NCBI RefSeq assembly: GCF_036245865.1
Contig: NZ_BTTW01000008.1
Coordinates: 96,396 to 160,395, forward strand
Source: Corallococcus caeni
Lineage (GTDB): Bacteria; Myxococcota; Myxococcia; Myxococcales; Myxococcaceae
Direction: 5' to 3'
Length of the DNA stretch: 64,000 bases
The notes below the pieces were generated by a model, which did no database searches, was not told where the DNA came from, and worked only from the letters and a program-made list of their open reading frames with translations. A program made the translations under genes and the position numbers. How positions within the stretch are numbered: the stretch's first letter is position 1; each line of letters begins with the position of its first letter. Shown piece after piece: positions 39,265 to 49,502 of the stretch.

Positions 39265-41039
39265 TGGCGGACGTGCTGTCCGGCGTGGCGTCTCCCGCGG
39301 ATGTGCGCGCGCTCCCCGAGGCCGCGCTGCCCGGCCTGTGCGAGGCGCTGCGCGAGGCCATCATCACCACGTGCGGCCGCGTGGGCGGGCACCTGGGCGC
39401 GTCGCTGGGCGCGGTGGAGCTGGTGGTGGCCCTCCACCGCGTCTTCCACACGCCGCAGGACGCGCTCCTCTTCGACGTGGGGCACCAGGCGTACGCGCAC
39501 AAGCTGCTCACCGGCCGGCGCGACCGCATGCACACGCTGCGGCAGGCGGGAGGCATCGCGCCGTTCCTGGATCCGCGCGAGAGCCACCACGACGCGCTGG
39601 CGGCGGGGCATGCGTGCACGGCCATCTCCGCGGCGCTGGGCCTGCTCGCCGGTCGGCGGCAGCTGGGCCATCCGGGCCACGTGGTGGCGGTGGTGGGCGA
39701 CGGCGCGCTCACCGGAGGCCTGAGCTTCGAGGGGCTCAACAACGCGGGGGGCAGCCCGCTGCCGCTCGTGGTGGTGCTCAACGACAACCAGATGTCCATC
39801 AGCGCGAACGTGGGCGCCATCCCCGCGCTCCTGCGCACGCGCAACGCCCGCGCCTTCTTCGAATCGCTGGGCTTCACCTACCTGGGCCCGGTGGACGGGC
39901 ATGACCTGGGGGCGCTCACCCGGGCGCTGCGCGAGGCGAAGGCGTCCTCGCGCCCCGTGGTGGTGCACGCGCTGACGAAGAAGGGGCGGGGCTTTCCTCC
40001 CGCGGAGGCCGACGAGCAGACGCGCGGCCACGCGATGGGGCCGTACGAGTGGCGCGACGGCAAGCTGGTGCGCTCGCGCGGCGGGCGGCCCACGTTCAGC
40101 GAGGCCTTCGCCCAGGTGCTGGGGGAGGCGCTGGAGCGCGACCCGCGCGTGGTGGCCGTGACGCCCGCGATGCTGGAGGGCAGCGCGCTCACCGGCTTGA
40201 AGGCGCGCTTCCCGGACCGCGTGCACGACGTGGGCATCGCGGAGCAGCACGCCGTGACCTTCTGCGCGGGGCTGGCCGCGGCGGGGGCGAAGCCGGTCTG
40301 CGTCATCTACTCCACCTTCCTCCAGCGCGCGTACGACCAGGTGGTCCACGACGTGTGCCTGCCGGGCCTGCCCGTAATCTTCGCGGTGGACCGGGCGGGG
40401 CTCGTGGGCGCGGACGGCGCCACGCACCAGGGCGCCTACGACGTGTCCTTCCTCCGGCCGCTGCCGGGCCTCACGCAGTGGGCCCCGGTGGTGGGAGAGG
40501 ACCTGGCGCCCATGCTCGCCGCCGCGCTCCAGGCCTCCGGGCCCTCCGTGCTGCGCTTCCCGCGAGGCACGCTGCCGGACCTTCCGCCAGAGCTGGCGAA
40601 CGCGGAGTCCGAAGCCTCCAGGCCGGACGCGCTGACGGTTTCAGGTGCCCGCTGGCTCAGGCGTGTCCCCGGCTCACGGCTGACGCTGGTGACGCTCGGG
40701 CCGCTGGGCCTGTCCGCGCTGGAGGCGGCCCGGAATGAGCCCGGCTGGAGCGTCCTGGACGCGCGCCGGGCGTGGCCCCTGGACGAGGCCGCGCTCCTGG
40801 AGGCCGCGGCGGGCGGGCACGTGGTGGTGGCGGAGGAGGGCACCGTCCGGGGCGGCCTGGGCAGCGCGGTGCTGGAGCTGTACGCGGCGGCCGGCATCTC
40901 GCCCCGGGTGAAGCTCCTGGGCATGCCGGACGTGTTCCTGCCGCACGGGGACGCGCGGGTGCAGCGCACGGAGTTGGGACTGGACGCGGCGGGCCTGCGG
41001 CGCGCGGGCCATGCGCTGCTTGAAGAGGAGCGCCGGTGA
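39264..41039 (+). CDS. dxs: 1-deoxy-D-xylulose-5-phosphate synthase
   Basis: TPP-binding motif (GDGALTGG) and transketolase-like pyrimidine and C-terminal domains. TGATG overlap with ispA. Confidence 0.9.
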   Translation: MADVLSGVASPADVRALPEAALPGLCEALREAIITTCGRVGGHLGASLGAVELVVALHRVFHTPQDALLFDVGHQAYAHKLLTGRRDRMHTLRQAGGIAPFLDPRESHHDALAAGHACTAISAALGLLAGRRQLGHPGHVVAVVGDGALTGGLSFEGLNNAGGSPLPLVVVLNDNQMSISANVGAIPALLRTRNARAFFESLGFTYLGPVDGHDLGALTRALREAKASSRPVVVHALTKKGRGFPPAEADEQTRGHAMGPYEWRDGKLVRSRGGRPTFSEAFAQVLGEALERDPRVVAVTPAMLEGSALTGLKARFPDRVHDVGIAEQHAVTFCAGLAAAGAKPVCVIYSTFLQRAYDQVVHDVCLPGLPVIFAVDRAGLVGADGATHQGAYDVSFLRPLPGLTQWAPVVGEDLAPMLAAALQASGPSVLRFPRGTLPDLPPELANAESEASRPDALTVSGARWLRRVPGSRLTLVTLGPLGLSALEAARNEPGWSVLDARRAWPLDEAALLEAAAGGHVVVAEEGTVRGGLGSAVLELYAAAGISPRVKLLGMPDVFLPHGDARVQRTELGLDAAGLRRAGHALLEEERR

Positions 41040-41776
41040 AGCCGAAGAAGGAACGGCTGGACGTGCTGGTCGTGGAGCGCGGGCTCGCCGAGTCGCGCAC
41101 CAAGGCGCAGGCGCTCATCCTCGCGGGCCAGGTCGTGGTCGCGGATCAGCGCGTGGACAAGCCCGGCTCCCTGGTCCCCGTGGAGGCGGAGCTGCGCCTC
41201 AAGGGCGAGGTGCTCCCGTACGTGTCGCGCGGCGGCCTCAAGCTGAAGGCGGCCATGGACCGCTTCGGCCTGGACGTGACGGGCCGCGTGGGCGCGGACA
41301 TCGGCGCCAGCACGGGCGGCTTCACCGACTGCATGCTCCAGCACGGCGCGGTGCGGGTGCACGCCATCGACGTGGGCTACGGCCAGCTCCACGAGAAGCT
41401 GCGCGTGGACCCCCGCGTCCGCTCGCGCGAGCGCGTCAACGCGCGCTACCTCACGGACGAGGACCTGCCGGAGAAGGTGGGCGTGGTCGTCATCGACGTG
41501 AGCTTCATCTCGCTCACCCAGGTGCTGCCGTCGGTGCTGCCGTTCCTGGTCCCGGGCGGCCTGCTGGTGGCGCTGGTGAAGCCCCAGTTCGAGGTGGGGC
41601 CGGACCGGGTGGGCAAGGGCGGCGTGGTGCGCGACCCCGCGGCGCGGCAGGACGCCATCGACACCGTGACGGCGTTCGTGCGCGAGCACGGGCTCACCGT
41701 GCGCGGGGTGATGGACTCGCCCGTGCCCGGGCCCGCCGGCAACGTGGAGGCGCTCCTCGTCGCCGACAGGCTCTGA
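41036..41776 (+). CDS. tlyA: TlyA-family rRNA 2'-O-methyltransferase (hemolysin A-like)
   Basis: S4 domain, then a FtsJ-like SAM methyltransferase domain (GADIGASTGGFTDC). Confidence 0.85.
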   Translation: MKPKKERLDVLVVERGLAESRTKAQALILAGQVVVADQRVDKPGSLVPVEAELRLKGEVLPYVSRGGLKLKAAMDRFGLDVTGRVGADIGASTGGFTDCMLQHGAVRVHAIDVGYGQLHEKLRVDPRVRSRERVNARYLTDEDLPEKVGVVVIDVSFISLTQVLPSVLPFLVPGGLLVALVKPQFEVGPDRVGKGGVVRDPAARQDAIDTVTAFVREHGLTVRGVMDSPVPGPAGNVEALLVADRL

Positions 41777-41785
41777 CGGCCGCTG

Positions 41786-43348
41786 CTACGGCTTGACGGC
41801 GCGGTAGTCGCTCAGCGGCAGGGCCTGGACCAGGTTGTTGCCCACGCGCATCCACAGCCGTCCGCTGTCATCCACGGAGCAGGACAGGCTGCTGGAGACC
41901 TCGTAGCGGAACAGCTCGCCCTTCTCGGCGGAGTCCACCGCGACGATTTCAACGGGCAGCGTGCCGGCCGCGTCCGGGCCGTTGAGCAGGTAGAACTCCG
42001 GGCTCGTCGGCAGGCCCAGCTGCACCTGGCGGATGCGCAGCTGTCCGGACGCGTCGACGGAGACGCCGCCCTTGTTGGCGACGAGGCCGTTCCCCGTATT
42101 CAGGAACCACACGCGCTGCGTCCCGATGGCCGCCAGCTTCGAGCCCGCGGAGAAGGGGAGCAGGAAGTTCAGCGGCACCGGCAGCGTGACGCTCATCCAC
42201 TTGAGCGCGGAGCCCTCGCAGCCCGGCACCTCCGTGGAGCAGGCCTGCACCCGCGACTGGTTGTTGGCGAAGGAGAGCGCCAGGAAGACGGTCCCGCCGT
42301 CCGGGCTGAGCGAGACGGGGGGCGGTGACGCGGAGTCGCCCTGGTACTGGGTGATGATCCGCTCGTGCACCAGGGGCACCTTGTCTCCGGAGGCCTCGAC
42401 GGCCAGCGTAACCACCACGAGCTCGAGGAGGTTGGGCGACGCCTCGTTGGGCACGCGCGACATGGGGAAGATGACCTCCGCCCCCTTCTGCTGCGCCGGC
42501 CCGACGGGCCGCCACGACGACTGGTGCGTCCACTGGAACGCGCCGTTCGTCGACGTGTGCTTGAGCCGCGAGACGTTGATGCCATTGATGACGAGCGCGT
42601 CCCCGTTGTCCATGACGGAGAATCGCTCCGGCCTGTAGGTGGTCGCCGTCCGGCCGGAGATGACGAAGTTGTTGTCGATGGCCACCGCGCCGATGCCGGG
42701 CGTCCACACCCACCGCTTGCCGCTCTGCGCGTTGACGCTGGTGATGACCGTGTCCGTGCTGCACGGGATGCCCATCTCCACCGAGTTGCGCACCGCGCCC
42801 GCCGAGTCCACGCGGAAGAGCGTGCCGGAGCCGGTGGTGGGGTTGCCACACCCGAGGAAGGCGACGTTCGTGCCGCTGCCCTCGGCGATGAAGAAGTCCG
42901 TCACCACCTGGCCGTTGGGATCCGGATCCTTGATCACCTTCGTCACCGGCAGGAACGTGGCCGCCTGGGGCTGGGACACGTTGCTCCGGCCGTCCGAGCA
43001 CGTCGCCCGCGCGTTGAGCGACAGGCCCACGGCCAGGCCGCGGGTGTACTTGATCTCGTTCTGCGCCAGCTCGAAGTCCATGGACCCGCTGGTGTAGGGG
43101 ACCGTCTTCAGGAACGTGTCCCGGTCGTAGATGTCCACCTGCGCCACGGAGTCACACCCGGACACGATGACCCGCACCGTCAGCGACGGGGCCGCCGTGT
43201 TGGGCTGCGGCACGGTGAGGGTCACCACCGGCGGATCCGGAACAGGGGGCGGCTTGTCGCCACCACAAGCGGCGAACACGGAAGCGCAGAGGGTCAGCGT
43301 GGCCAGGAAGGCCCGCTGCGCGAACAGGCGCGAAGGGACGGAGTGCAT
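41786..43348 (-). CDS. Hypothetical lipoprotein (beta-rich, no recognisable family)
   Basis: Signal peptide plus lipobox (TLTLCASVFAAC). ATG at 43348 is in frame. The track's upstream extension to 43546 is judged non-coding. Confidence 0.5.
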   Translation of the reverse strand: MHSVPSRLFAQRAFLATLTLCASVFAACGGDKPPPVPDPPVVTLTVPQPNTAAPSLTVRVIVSGCDSVAQVDIYDRDTFLKTVPYTSGSMDFELAQNEIKYTRGLAVGLSLNARATCSDGRSNVSQPQAATFLPVTKVIKDPDPNGQVVTDFFIAEGSGTNVAFLGCGNPTTGSGTLFRVDSAGAVRNSVEMGIPCSTDTVITSVNAQSGKRWVWTPGIGAVAIDNNFVISGRTATTYRPERFSVMDNGDALVINGINVSRLKHTSTNGAFQWTHQSSWRPVGPAQQKGAEVIFPMSRVPNEASPNLLELVVVTLAVEASGDKVPLVHERIITQYQGDSASPPPVSLSPDGGTVFLALSFANNQSRVQACSTEVPGCEGSALKWMSVTLPVPLNFLLPFSAGSKLAAIGTQRVWFLNTGNGLVANKGGVSVDASGQLRIRQVQLGLPTSPEFYLLNGPDAAGTLPVEIVAVDSAEKGELFRYEVSSSLSCSVDDSGRLWMRVGNNLVQALPLSDYRAVKP

Positions 43349-43787
43349 GGTTTCACACTCTACCGCGCTCCCCTGGGAAGCGGGCGGGGCCACGACCCAC
43401 CGGCTTTTCCCCCCGGATCCTGATCGCGCGGGCCACGAAAAACCCCGCCGGGTCATGCCTGTCCGGCCAGCCTCCAGCCGGGCATGAAAGGTAGTATGGG
43501 AAGAAAGGGACAGCCCCGCTGTTTTCGCGCAGTTCCACCCCTTCAAGGGGCTGGGCAGGCGATTCGGGTCACCGGACCGTCACGCGCATACGGGATTCCG
43601 GAGGAAGGACACCGGGCCGGGGTATACGTCGCGCGCCCTTTCTCACCCCTCTCACTCAGGAGAGCCCCGTCCATCCGCTGGCCCGCGGACGGGTTAGACG
43701 GCATGATCCGGAATCGACCATGACCCCTTCCGCACCCAACGGGTTTCCGCGACGTCGTTCCCTGGCCAGGCGGGGCGGAGGCGCGCT

Positions 43788-46301
43788 GTGAGGATCGAGA
43801 TGCTGTCGTCGGAGCAGCGGGGGCGGGTGCTCGTCCTCGCGGCGAAGGCCGCGGGTGACGCGCTGGTGGAGCGGCTCACGGCGAGTGGGTACCAGTGCGC
43901 CTCCACCGAACGGGAGACCGGGCTGGCGGAGATGGTGGATCAGCTCCAGCCAGAGGTGGTGCTGCTGGCGGTGACGGCCAAGCGGGCGGCGGAGCTGCTG
44001 GAGACGGTGCGCAAGACGGACAAGCTCCAGCGCCTGCCGGTGCTGGTGGATCAGGGCCGCGCCCGCTCCGCGGAGGCCTTCAAGCGGCTGGCGGTAGACG
44101 ACTTCGTGCGCGGCGCGGATGAGCTGGTGCCCCGGCTGGAGTCCGCCCTGCGCGCCTGGAGGCTGAAGGAGCGCGAGGAGCGCATCCGCATGCGCATGGG
44201 GATGCTGCTGGAAATCACCCAGGCGGCCACCAGCTCCCTGGAGCTGGAGGAGATCCTCCGCATCGCGGTGGAGAAGGTCGGCCAGGTCACGGGCACGGAC
44301 CGCTGCTCCGTGGTGCTGGTGGAGGGCAGCCACGCGCGCACGGCCACGGTCGTCGCGACGCAGGAGGACCCCAGCCTCGTCCAGCTGGACATCGAGGTGG
44401 CGCGCTATCCGGAGCTGCGCCGCGCGCTGGAGACGCGGCAGCCCGTGCTGATTGAAGAGGCGCAGCGCGACCCGCTGATGGCGGAGGTGCGCACGTCGCT
44501 CCTGCCGCAGGGCGTGAAGTCCATCCTGGTGCAGCCGCTCATCTGCCAGGACGACCTCCTGGGCGCGCTCTTCCTGCGCGTGTCCAAGGGCGAGGCGTCC
44601 ATCGGGCGCGACGAGCAGGAGTTCGCGGAGGCCGTGGCGGGCGTGCTCGCCAACTCCATCCGCAACGCGCGCCTGCACACGGCGGTGAAGAAGAAGCGCG
44701 AGGACATGGAGCTGGCGTACGTGGAGCGCTACCGCGAGCTCACCGACGCGAACCGCCGCCTGAAGGAGCTCAACCGCCTCAAGGATGAGATCATCGCGGT
44801 GTGCAGCCACGACCTGCGCGCCCCGCTCCAGGTGCTCCTGGGGCACGGCCGGCTGCTCCTGGAAGGGCCGCTGGAGGCGCAGCAGAAGCAGTCCGCGGAG
44901 GCGATGATCCGCCAGGGCCGGAAGATCCTCACCCTGGTCGAGTCGCTGCTGGAGAAGGGCAAGGGCGAGGCGGCGCGGCTGTCCATCGAGCCCCGCGTGC
45001 TGGACGTGGCGCAGCTGTGCCGCGACGCCGTGGCGGAGCTCGAAATCCTGGCGGCGGAGAAGGCCGTGGCGCTGCGCTCCGAGTGCCCCGACAGCCTGAT
45101 GCTGATTGGCGACGAGGTGAAGCTGCACGAGGTGCTGCAGAACCTCATCAGCAACGCCATCCAGCACGCCAGCGAACCGGGCTCGGTGGTGGTGCGCACG
45201 CAGCGGCTGTCCCGCCCGGACGGCGACGCGGTGCGGGTGATGGTGAGCGACAACGGGGTGGGCATCCCCCCGGACGAGCTGCACCTCGTGTTCGACCGCT
45301 ACCGCCACGGGCCCAAGGGCACCGGGCTGGGGCTGGCCATCTGCAAGGAGTTCGTGGAGCTGCACGGCGGTGAAATCTGGGCGGAGAGCCCGGCCGACGG
45401 CGGCTGCACCTTCGTCTTCACGCTGCCCCTGGCGCAGGAGGCCGCGCGCAACCCCCGGCCGCAGCCCGCGCCCGGCGCCGCGCCCGAGCAGCCGCGCGTG
45501 CTGGTGGTGGAGGACGAGCCGGAAATCGCCGCGGTGCTGTCGGAGGTGCTGCGCTCGAAGTACCGCGTGGAGGTGGCGCGCGACGGCGCGGAGGGCCTGG
45601 CGAAGGCGCGTGCGTCCCGGCCGGACCTGGTGGTCATGGACGTGTTCCTGCCCAAGCTGGACGGCCTGGACGCGGCCATGGCGCTCAAGTCCTCGTCGGA
45701 CACGGCGCACATCCCCGTCATCCTCCTGTCCGCCCACCAGGGCGTGGCCGACAAGGTCCGCGCGCTCAACCTGGGCGCGGTGGACTACATGGCCAAGCCC
45801 TTCAACGCGGTGGAGCTGCTCAACCGCACCGAGCGCGCGCTCAAGCTGCGCCAGGGTGACAAGGAGCAGCAGGACAAGACGAACTCGCTCCAGCGCCGCA
45901 CCGGCAGCGACCCGGCAACGGGCCTGCTCGACCGCCGCGGCCTGCTCTTGCGCCTGGAGCAGGAGGTGGCCCGCAGCCGGCGCTACCACCGTGCCCTCAC
46001 GCTGGCGGTGCTCCGTCCGGACCGCGACCTGGACGCCATGCCGCCCAACATGGGGGACGTGATGCGCAAGCGCGTGCGCCACCCGGACTCCATCGCCCAC
46101 CTGGGACTGGGCGTCTTCGCGGTGGTGCTGCCCGAGTGCAACGCGGACGCGGCGCGCACGGTCATCAACCGCCTGATGCCGGACGTGGAGAAGGTGACCT
46201 CCATCGAGTACCGGGCCGCCATGGCGGACGTCAGCCAGGACAGCGATCCGGTGGAGAAGCTGCTGGAGAAGCTGGGGGCGCCCCCTCCCGAGGTCCACTA
46301 G
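43788..46301 (+). CDS. sgmT: Hybrid sensor histidine kinase: pseudo-receiver, GAF, HisKA, HATPase_c, REC, degenerate GGDEF (SgmT-like architecture)
   Basis: HisKA (CSHDLRAPL), HATPase (DNGVGIP, GTGLGLAICK), REC (VLVVEDEP...DLVVMDVFLP), and a C-terminal GGDEF-like domain whose active-site motif is replaced by GLGVF. The symbol rests on architecture and synteny and is unverified. Confidence 0.7.
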   Translation: MRIEMLSSEQRGRVLVLAAKAAGDALVERLTASGYQCASTERETGLAEMVDQLQPEVVLLAVTAKRAAELLETVRKTDKLQRLPVLVDQGRARSAEAFKRLAVDDFVRGADELVPRLESALRAWRLKEREERIRMRMGMLLEITQAATSSLELEEILRIAVEKVGQVTGTDRCSVVLVEGSHARTATVVATQEDPSLVQLDIEVARYPELRRALETRQPVLIEEAQRDPLMAEVRTSLLPQGVKSILVQPLICQDDLLGALFLRVSKGEASIGRDEQEFAEAVAGVLANSIRNARLHTAVKKKREDMELAYVERYRELTDANRRLKELNRLKDEIIAVCSHDLRAPLQVLLGHGRLLLEGPLEAQQKQSAEAMIRQGRKILTLVESLLEKGKGEAARLSIEPRVLDVAQLCRDAVAELEILAAEKAVALRSECPDSLMLIGDEVKLHEVLQNLISNAIQHASEPGSVVVRTQRLSRPDGDAVRVMVSDNGVGIPPDELHLVFDRYRHGPKGTGLGLAICKEFVELHGGEIWAESPADGGCTFVFTLPLAQEAARNPRPQPAPGAAPEQPRVLVVEDEPEIAAVLSEVLRSKYRVEVARDGAEGLAKARASRPDLVVMDVFLPKLDGLDAAMALKSSSDTAHIPVILLSAHQGVADKVRALNLGAVDYMAKPFNAVELLNRTERALKLRQGDKEQQDKTNSLQRRTGSDPATGLLDRRGLLLRLEQEVARSRRYHRALTLAVLRPDRDLDAMPPNMGDVMRKRVRHPDSIAHLGLGVFAVVLPECNADAARTVINRLMPDVEKVTSIEYRAAMADVSQDSDPVEKLLEKLGAPPPEVH

Positions 46302-46306
46302 CCCGC

Positions 46307-48193
46307 GTGCGCCCGCTCCCGCTCCTCAGCCGTGCCGCCGTGTTGTGCCTCGCGCTGGCCGCCGGAGGTTCGGGGGCCGCGCCCGCGAGGAAGGCCCCGC
46401 CTCCGCACGTCGACCGCGAGGCGATGCGCGAGGCCATGGACTCGAGCGACCGCGACGACGAGCCGTCCGCGTCGTCCGCCAGCTACGCGCACTACCTCCA
46501 GTCGCGGCTGATGCACCTGGAGGGCAACCACCGGGCCGCCGTCGACGAGCTGCGGCTGGCGCTCGCCACCGACGACGGCAACCCGAACCTCCTCACCCAG
46601 CTGGGCGAGGAGTACGCGCGCCTGGGCGACCTGGAGCGCGCCGAGCGCGAGCTGCGCCGCGCAGTGGAGAAGGCCCCCACGCACTACGCCGCCCACGTGC
46701 TCCTGGGCCGGGTGCTGATGGAGTCCGGCCGTGCGCCGCGCGCCCGCCAGCACCTGCGCCGCGCCATGGCCCTGCGTCCCCGCGACCCGGAGGCGTACCT
46801 CGTCCTGTCGCAGCTGTACCTCGACGCGAAGGACCCCGACGAGGCGGTGAAGGTGGTGGAGGCGCTGGCCCACGCACTGCCGGGCGAGCCCTCCGGCTAC
46901 CGGCGGCTGGGGCTGGTGCTCGCCGAGCGGGGCGATGCGGCCCGCGCCGAACGCCTGCTGGTGAAGGCCTCCGAGCGCGACCCGGGCGACGTGGAGGTGT
47001 GGTCCACGCTGGCCCGCCTCTACGAGGAGTCCGGCCGGGCGAGGGACGCGGAGGACGCGCTGGCCCACGCGCTGGAGGCTGATCCGGACAGCCGGGAGGT
47101 GCTGCTGTCGGCGGGCCGCGCCGCGCTGAAGGGCGGGTCGGTGACGCGGGCGCGGGCGTACTTCGACCGGCTCTTGTCGCTGTCCGCGTCGCCGGAGCTG
47201 GCCGTGCGGGTGGCCTTCAGCTACCTGGCCGCGGGAGAGCCCACCGCCGCGGAGGTCGTGCTGGCCGCCGCGCGCAGGGACGCGCCGGACGAGCCCCGGC
47301 TGGCGTACTACGCGGGCCTCGTCGCGGAGCGGACGCGCCGCTTCACCGTCGCCGCCGCGGACTTCGCGGGCGTGCCCCCGGACTCGGAGGTGTTCCCCGA
47401 CGCCCGCGTGCGCCAGGCCCGCTGCCTGTCGCTGGCCGGCGACCATCCGCGCGCGCTGGCGCTCTACCGCGCCGCCATGGCGGAGGCGCCCGACGACGTG
47501 GAGGCGCGCGTCGGCTACGCCCGGGCGCTGGAGCGGAGCGGGGCGGCGGCGAAGGCGGAAGGGGTGCTGCGCGAGGCGCTGGCGGGGGAGGGTGGGGCGA
47601 TGGCGTACGACGCGCTGGCCACCCTGCTGGAGCGCCAGGGCCGGGCCCCGGAGGCGCTCACGCTCCTGCGGGACGCCGTCGCGAAGGCTCCGAGGAACCT
47701 GGACCTGCAGTTCGCCCTGGGCACCCTGCTGGAGCGCCATGGCGACGTGGCGGGGGCGCTTTCACGCATGCGGGCGGTGCTCGCGCTGAAGCCGGCGCAC
47801 TCCGCGGCGCTGAACTTCATGGGCTACACGCTGGCGCAGCGGGGCCGGGACCTGGAGGAGGCGGAGCGGCTGGTGCGCCGCGCGCTGGCGCTCCAGCCCG
47901 ACAACGCGGCCTACGTGGACTCCCTGGGGTGGGTGCACTTCCAGCGCGGCGAGGCGAAGAAGGCCGTGGAGGTCCTGGAGCGCGCGGTGGACCTGTCTCC
48001 GGACGACCCCGCCATCCTGGAGCACCTGGGGGACGCCTACCTCAAGGCGGGCCGTGCCCCGGAGGCCGTCCGGGTCTGGAAGCGCGCGCTGGAGGTGCTG
48101 ACCCTGGAGCCGGAGGCCGCCGAGCCCGCGGATCAGCGCACCACCCTGGAGCGCAAGTTGAAGGCGCTACCCTCGACGGCGCCGGGCCGCTAA
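46307..48193 (+). CDS. Secreted TPR-repeat protein
   Basis: Signal peptide (RPLPLLSRAAVLCLALAAG) and many TPR-like repeats. The GTG at 46307 lies just after the kinase stop. Confidence 0.6.
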   Translation: MRPLPLLSRAAVLCLALAAGGSGAAPARKAPPPHVDREAMREAMDSSDRDDEPSASSASYAHYLQSRLMHLEGNHRAAVDELRLALATDDGNPNLLTQLGEEYARLGDLERAERELRRAVEKAPTHYAAHVLLGRVLMESGRAPRARQHLRRAMALRPRDPEAYLVLSQLYLDAKDPDEAVKVVEALAHALPGEPSGYRRLGLVLAERGDAARAERLLVKASERDPGDVEVWSTLARLYEESGRARDAEDALAHALEADPDSREVLLSAGRAALKGGSVTRARAYFDRLLSLSASPELAVRVAFSYLAAGEPTAAEVVLAAARRDAPDEPRLAYYAGLVAERTRRFTVAAADFAGVPPDSEVFPDARVRQARCLSLAGDHPRALALYRAAMAEAPDDVEARVGYARALERSGAAAKAEGVLREALAGEGGAMAYDALATLLERQGRAPEALTLLRDAVAKAPRNLDLQFALGTLLERHGDVAGALSRMRAVLALKPAHSAALNFMGYTLAQRGRDLEEAERLVRRALALQPDNAAYVDSLGWVHFQRGEAKKAVEVLERAVDLSPDDPAILEHLGDAYLKAGRAPEAVRVWKRALEVLTLEPEAAEPADQRTTLERKLKALPSTAPGR

Positions 48194-48205
48194 GGTCCCG
48201 GGCTC

Positions 48206-49042
48206 ATGGCCCGCCACGACGAAGGCTTCTTCACCGGGAAGGACAACACCCGGCTGTTCTGGACGCTGGACCTGCCGGACGCGGCCCCCCGCGCGCACGT
48301 CGCCATCGTCCACGGCTACGGCGACCACATCGGCCGCTACCGGCCCGTCATCGACGCGCTGGTGCAGGACGGCTTCGCCGTGCACGGCTTCGACTACCGG
48401 GGCCACGGCCGCGCGGACGGCCGGCGCGCCTACGCCGCGAAGTGGACGGAGTTCCTCGACGACCTGGACGGCTTCTGGCAGCGCGTGCGCAAGGCCGCGG
48501 GCGACCAGAAGATCTTCCTCCTGGCCCACAGCCACGGCGGCCTGATGGCCGCGCACGCCCTGGCCGGGAGGCTGGAGGGCCTCTCCGGCGCCATCCTCTC
48601 CGCGCCCTACCTCAAGCTGGCCATCACACCGCCGGCCGCGAAGGTGCTCGCCGCGCGCATGGTGGGCTCCGTGGTGCCGTGGATGAAGGTCCCCTCGGGC
48701 CTGGCCCCGGAGATGCTCAGCACCGACCCGGACATCCAGAAGGCAGTCACCGCGGACCCGCTGTACGTGCCCTTCGCCACGCCCCGCTGGTTCGTGGAGT
48801 CCACGGCCGCCCAGGGGCAGACGCTCGCGCTGGCGCCGAAGATTCAAGTGCCGCTGTTCGTGCTGTGCGGCCAGGAGGACGGGGTGGCGCTGCCGGCGGC
48901 GGCGCGGGCCTTCTTCGAGGCGGCGGGGACGGCGGACAAGAAGTTCAAGGAGTACCCCGGCATGCGGCACGAGCCGCTCAACGAGCGGGACCGCGCGACG
49001 GTGTTCCAGGACATCTCCGGCTGGATCTCCGCGCATCTCTGA
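48206..49042 (+). CDS. Alpha/beta hydrolase (lysophospholipase / monoacylglycerol-lipase-like)
   Basis: Nucleophile elbow LLAHSHGG and a HGYGDH oxyanion region. Confidence 0.8.
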   Translation: MARHDEGFFTGKDNTRLFWTLDLPDAAPRAHVAIVHGYGDHIGRYRPVIDALVQDGFAVHGFDYRGHGRADGRRAYAAKWTEFLDDLDGFWQRVRKAAGDQKIFLLAHSHGGLMAAHALAGRLEGLSGAILSAPYLKLAITPPAAKVLAARMVGSVVPWMKVPSGLAPEMLSTDPDIQKAVTADPLYVPFATPRWFVESTAAQGQTLALAPKIQVPLFVLCGQEDGVALPAAARAFFEAAGTADKKFKEYPGMRHEPLNERDRATVFQDISGWISAHL

Positions 49043-49095
49043 CATAATCAGGTCGCCCCGCTCCCGGTGGAGCAGGCGCTGGCGAGGATCACCTC

Positions 49096-49437
49096 ATGGC
49101 ACAGGGTGAAACGGGCATCATTGGCAAGGGCATCGTCATCAGGGGCAACCTCACGGGCGGAGGGGACCTGGTCATCGAAGGGCGTGTGGAGGGGCAGATC
49201 GCCCTGAAGAACCACCTCACCATCGAAGGCACCGGCAAGGTCCAGGCGGACATCCGCGCCGAGGAGCTGACCATCAACGGCGAGGCGAGCGGCAACATCG
49301 ACGCTTCCACGCGCGTGGCCATCAACGCCTCGGCGAAGGTGGCGGGTGACATCAAGGCCCCGCGGGTCGTCATCGAGGACGGAGCGGTGTTCAACGGCTC
49401 CATCGAGATGGACGTGAAGTTGCCGGACGACATCTAG
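49096..49437 (+). CDS. bacN: Bactofilin
   Basis: Bactofilin beta-helical repeat domain (DUF583). First of three tandem paralogues followed by a ParB-like gene. The symbol is inferred from order. Confidence 0.8.
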   Translation: MAQGETGIIGKGIVIRGNLTGGGDLVIEGRVEGQIALKNHLTIEGTGKVQADIRAEELTINGEASGNIDASTRVAINASAKVAGDIKAPRVVIEDGAVFNGSIEMDVKLPDDI

Positions 49438-49502
49438 CATCCACCGGGGTCCGTCCCACGGGCCCCCCAGGCGCACAGCTTCGAGCAAGGCGGACAACAC
49501 TC

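Noticed and set aside
43656-46298. 880-aa minus-strand ORF
   Set aside because: It is antisense to the sgmT-like hybrid kinase, whose HisKA, HATPase and REC motifs are unambiguous.
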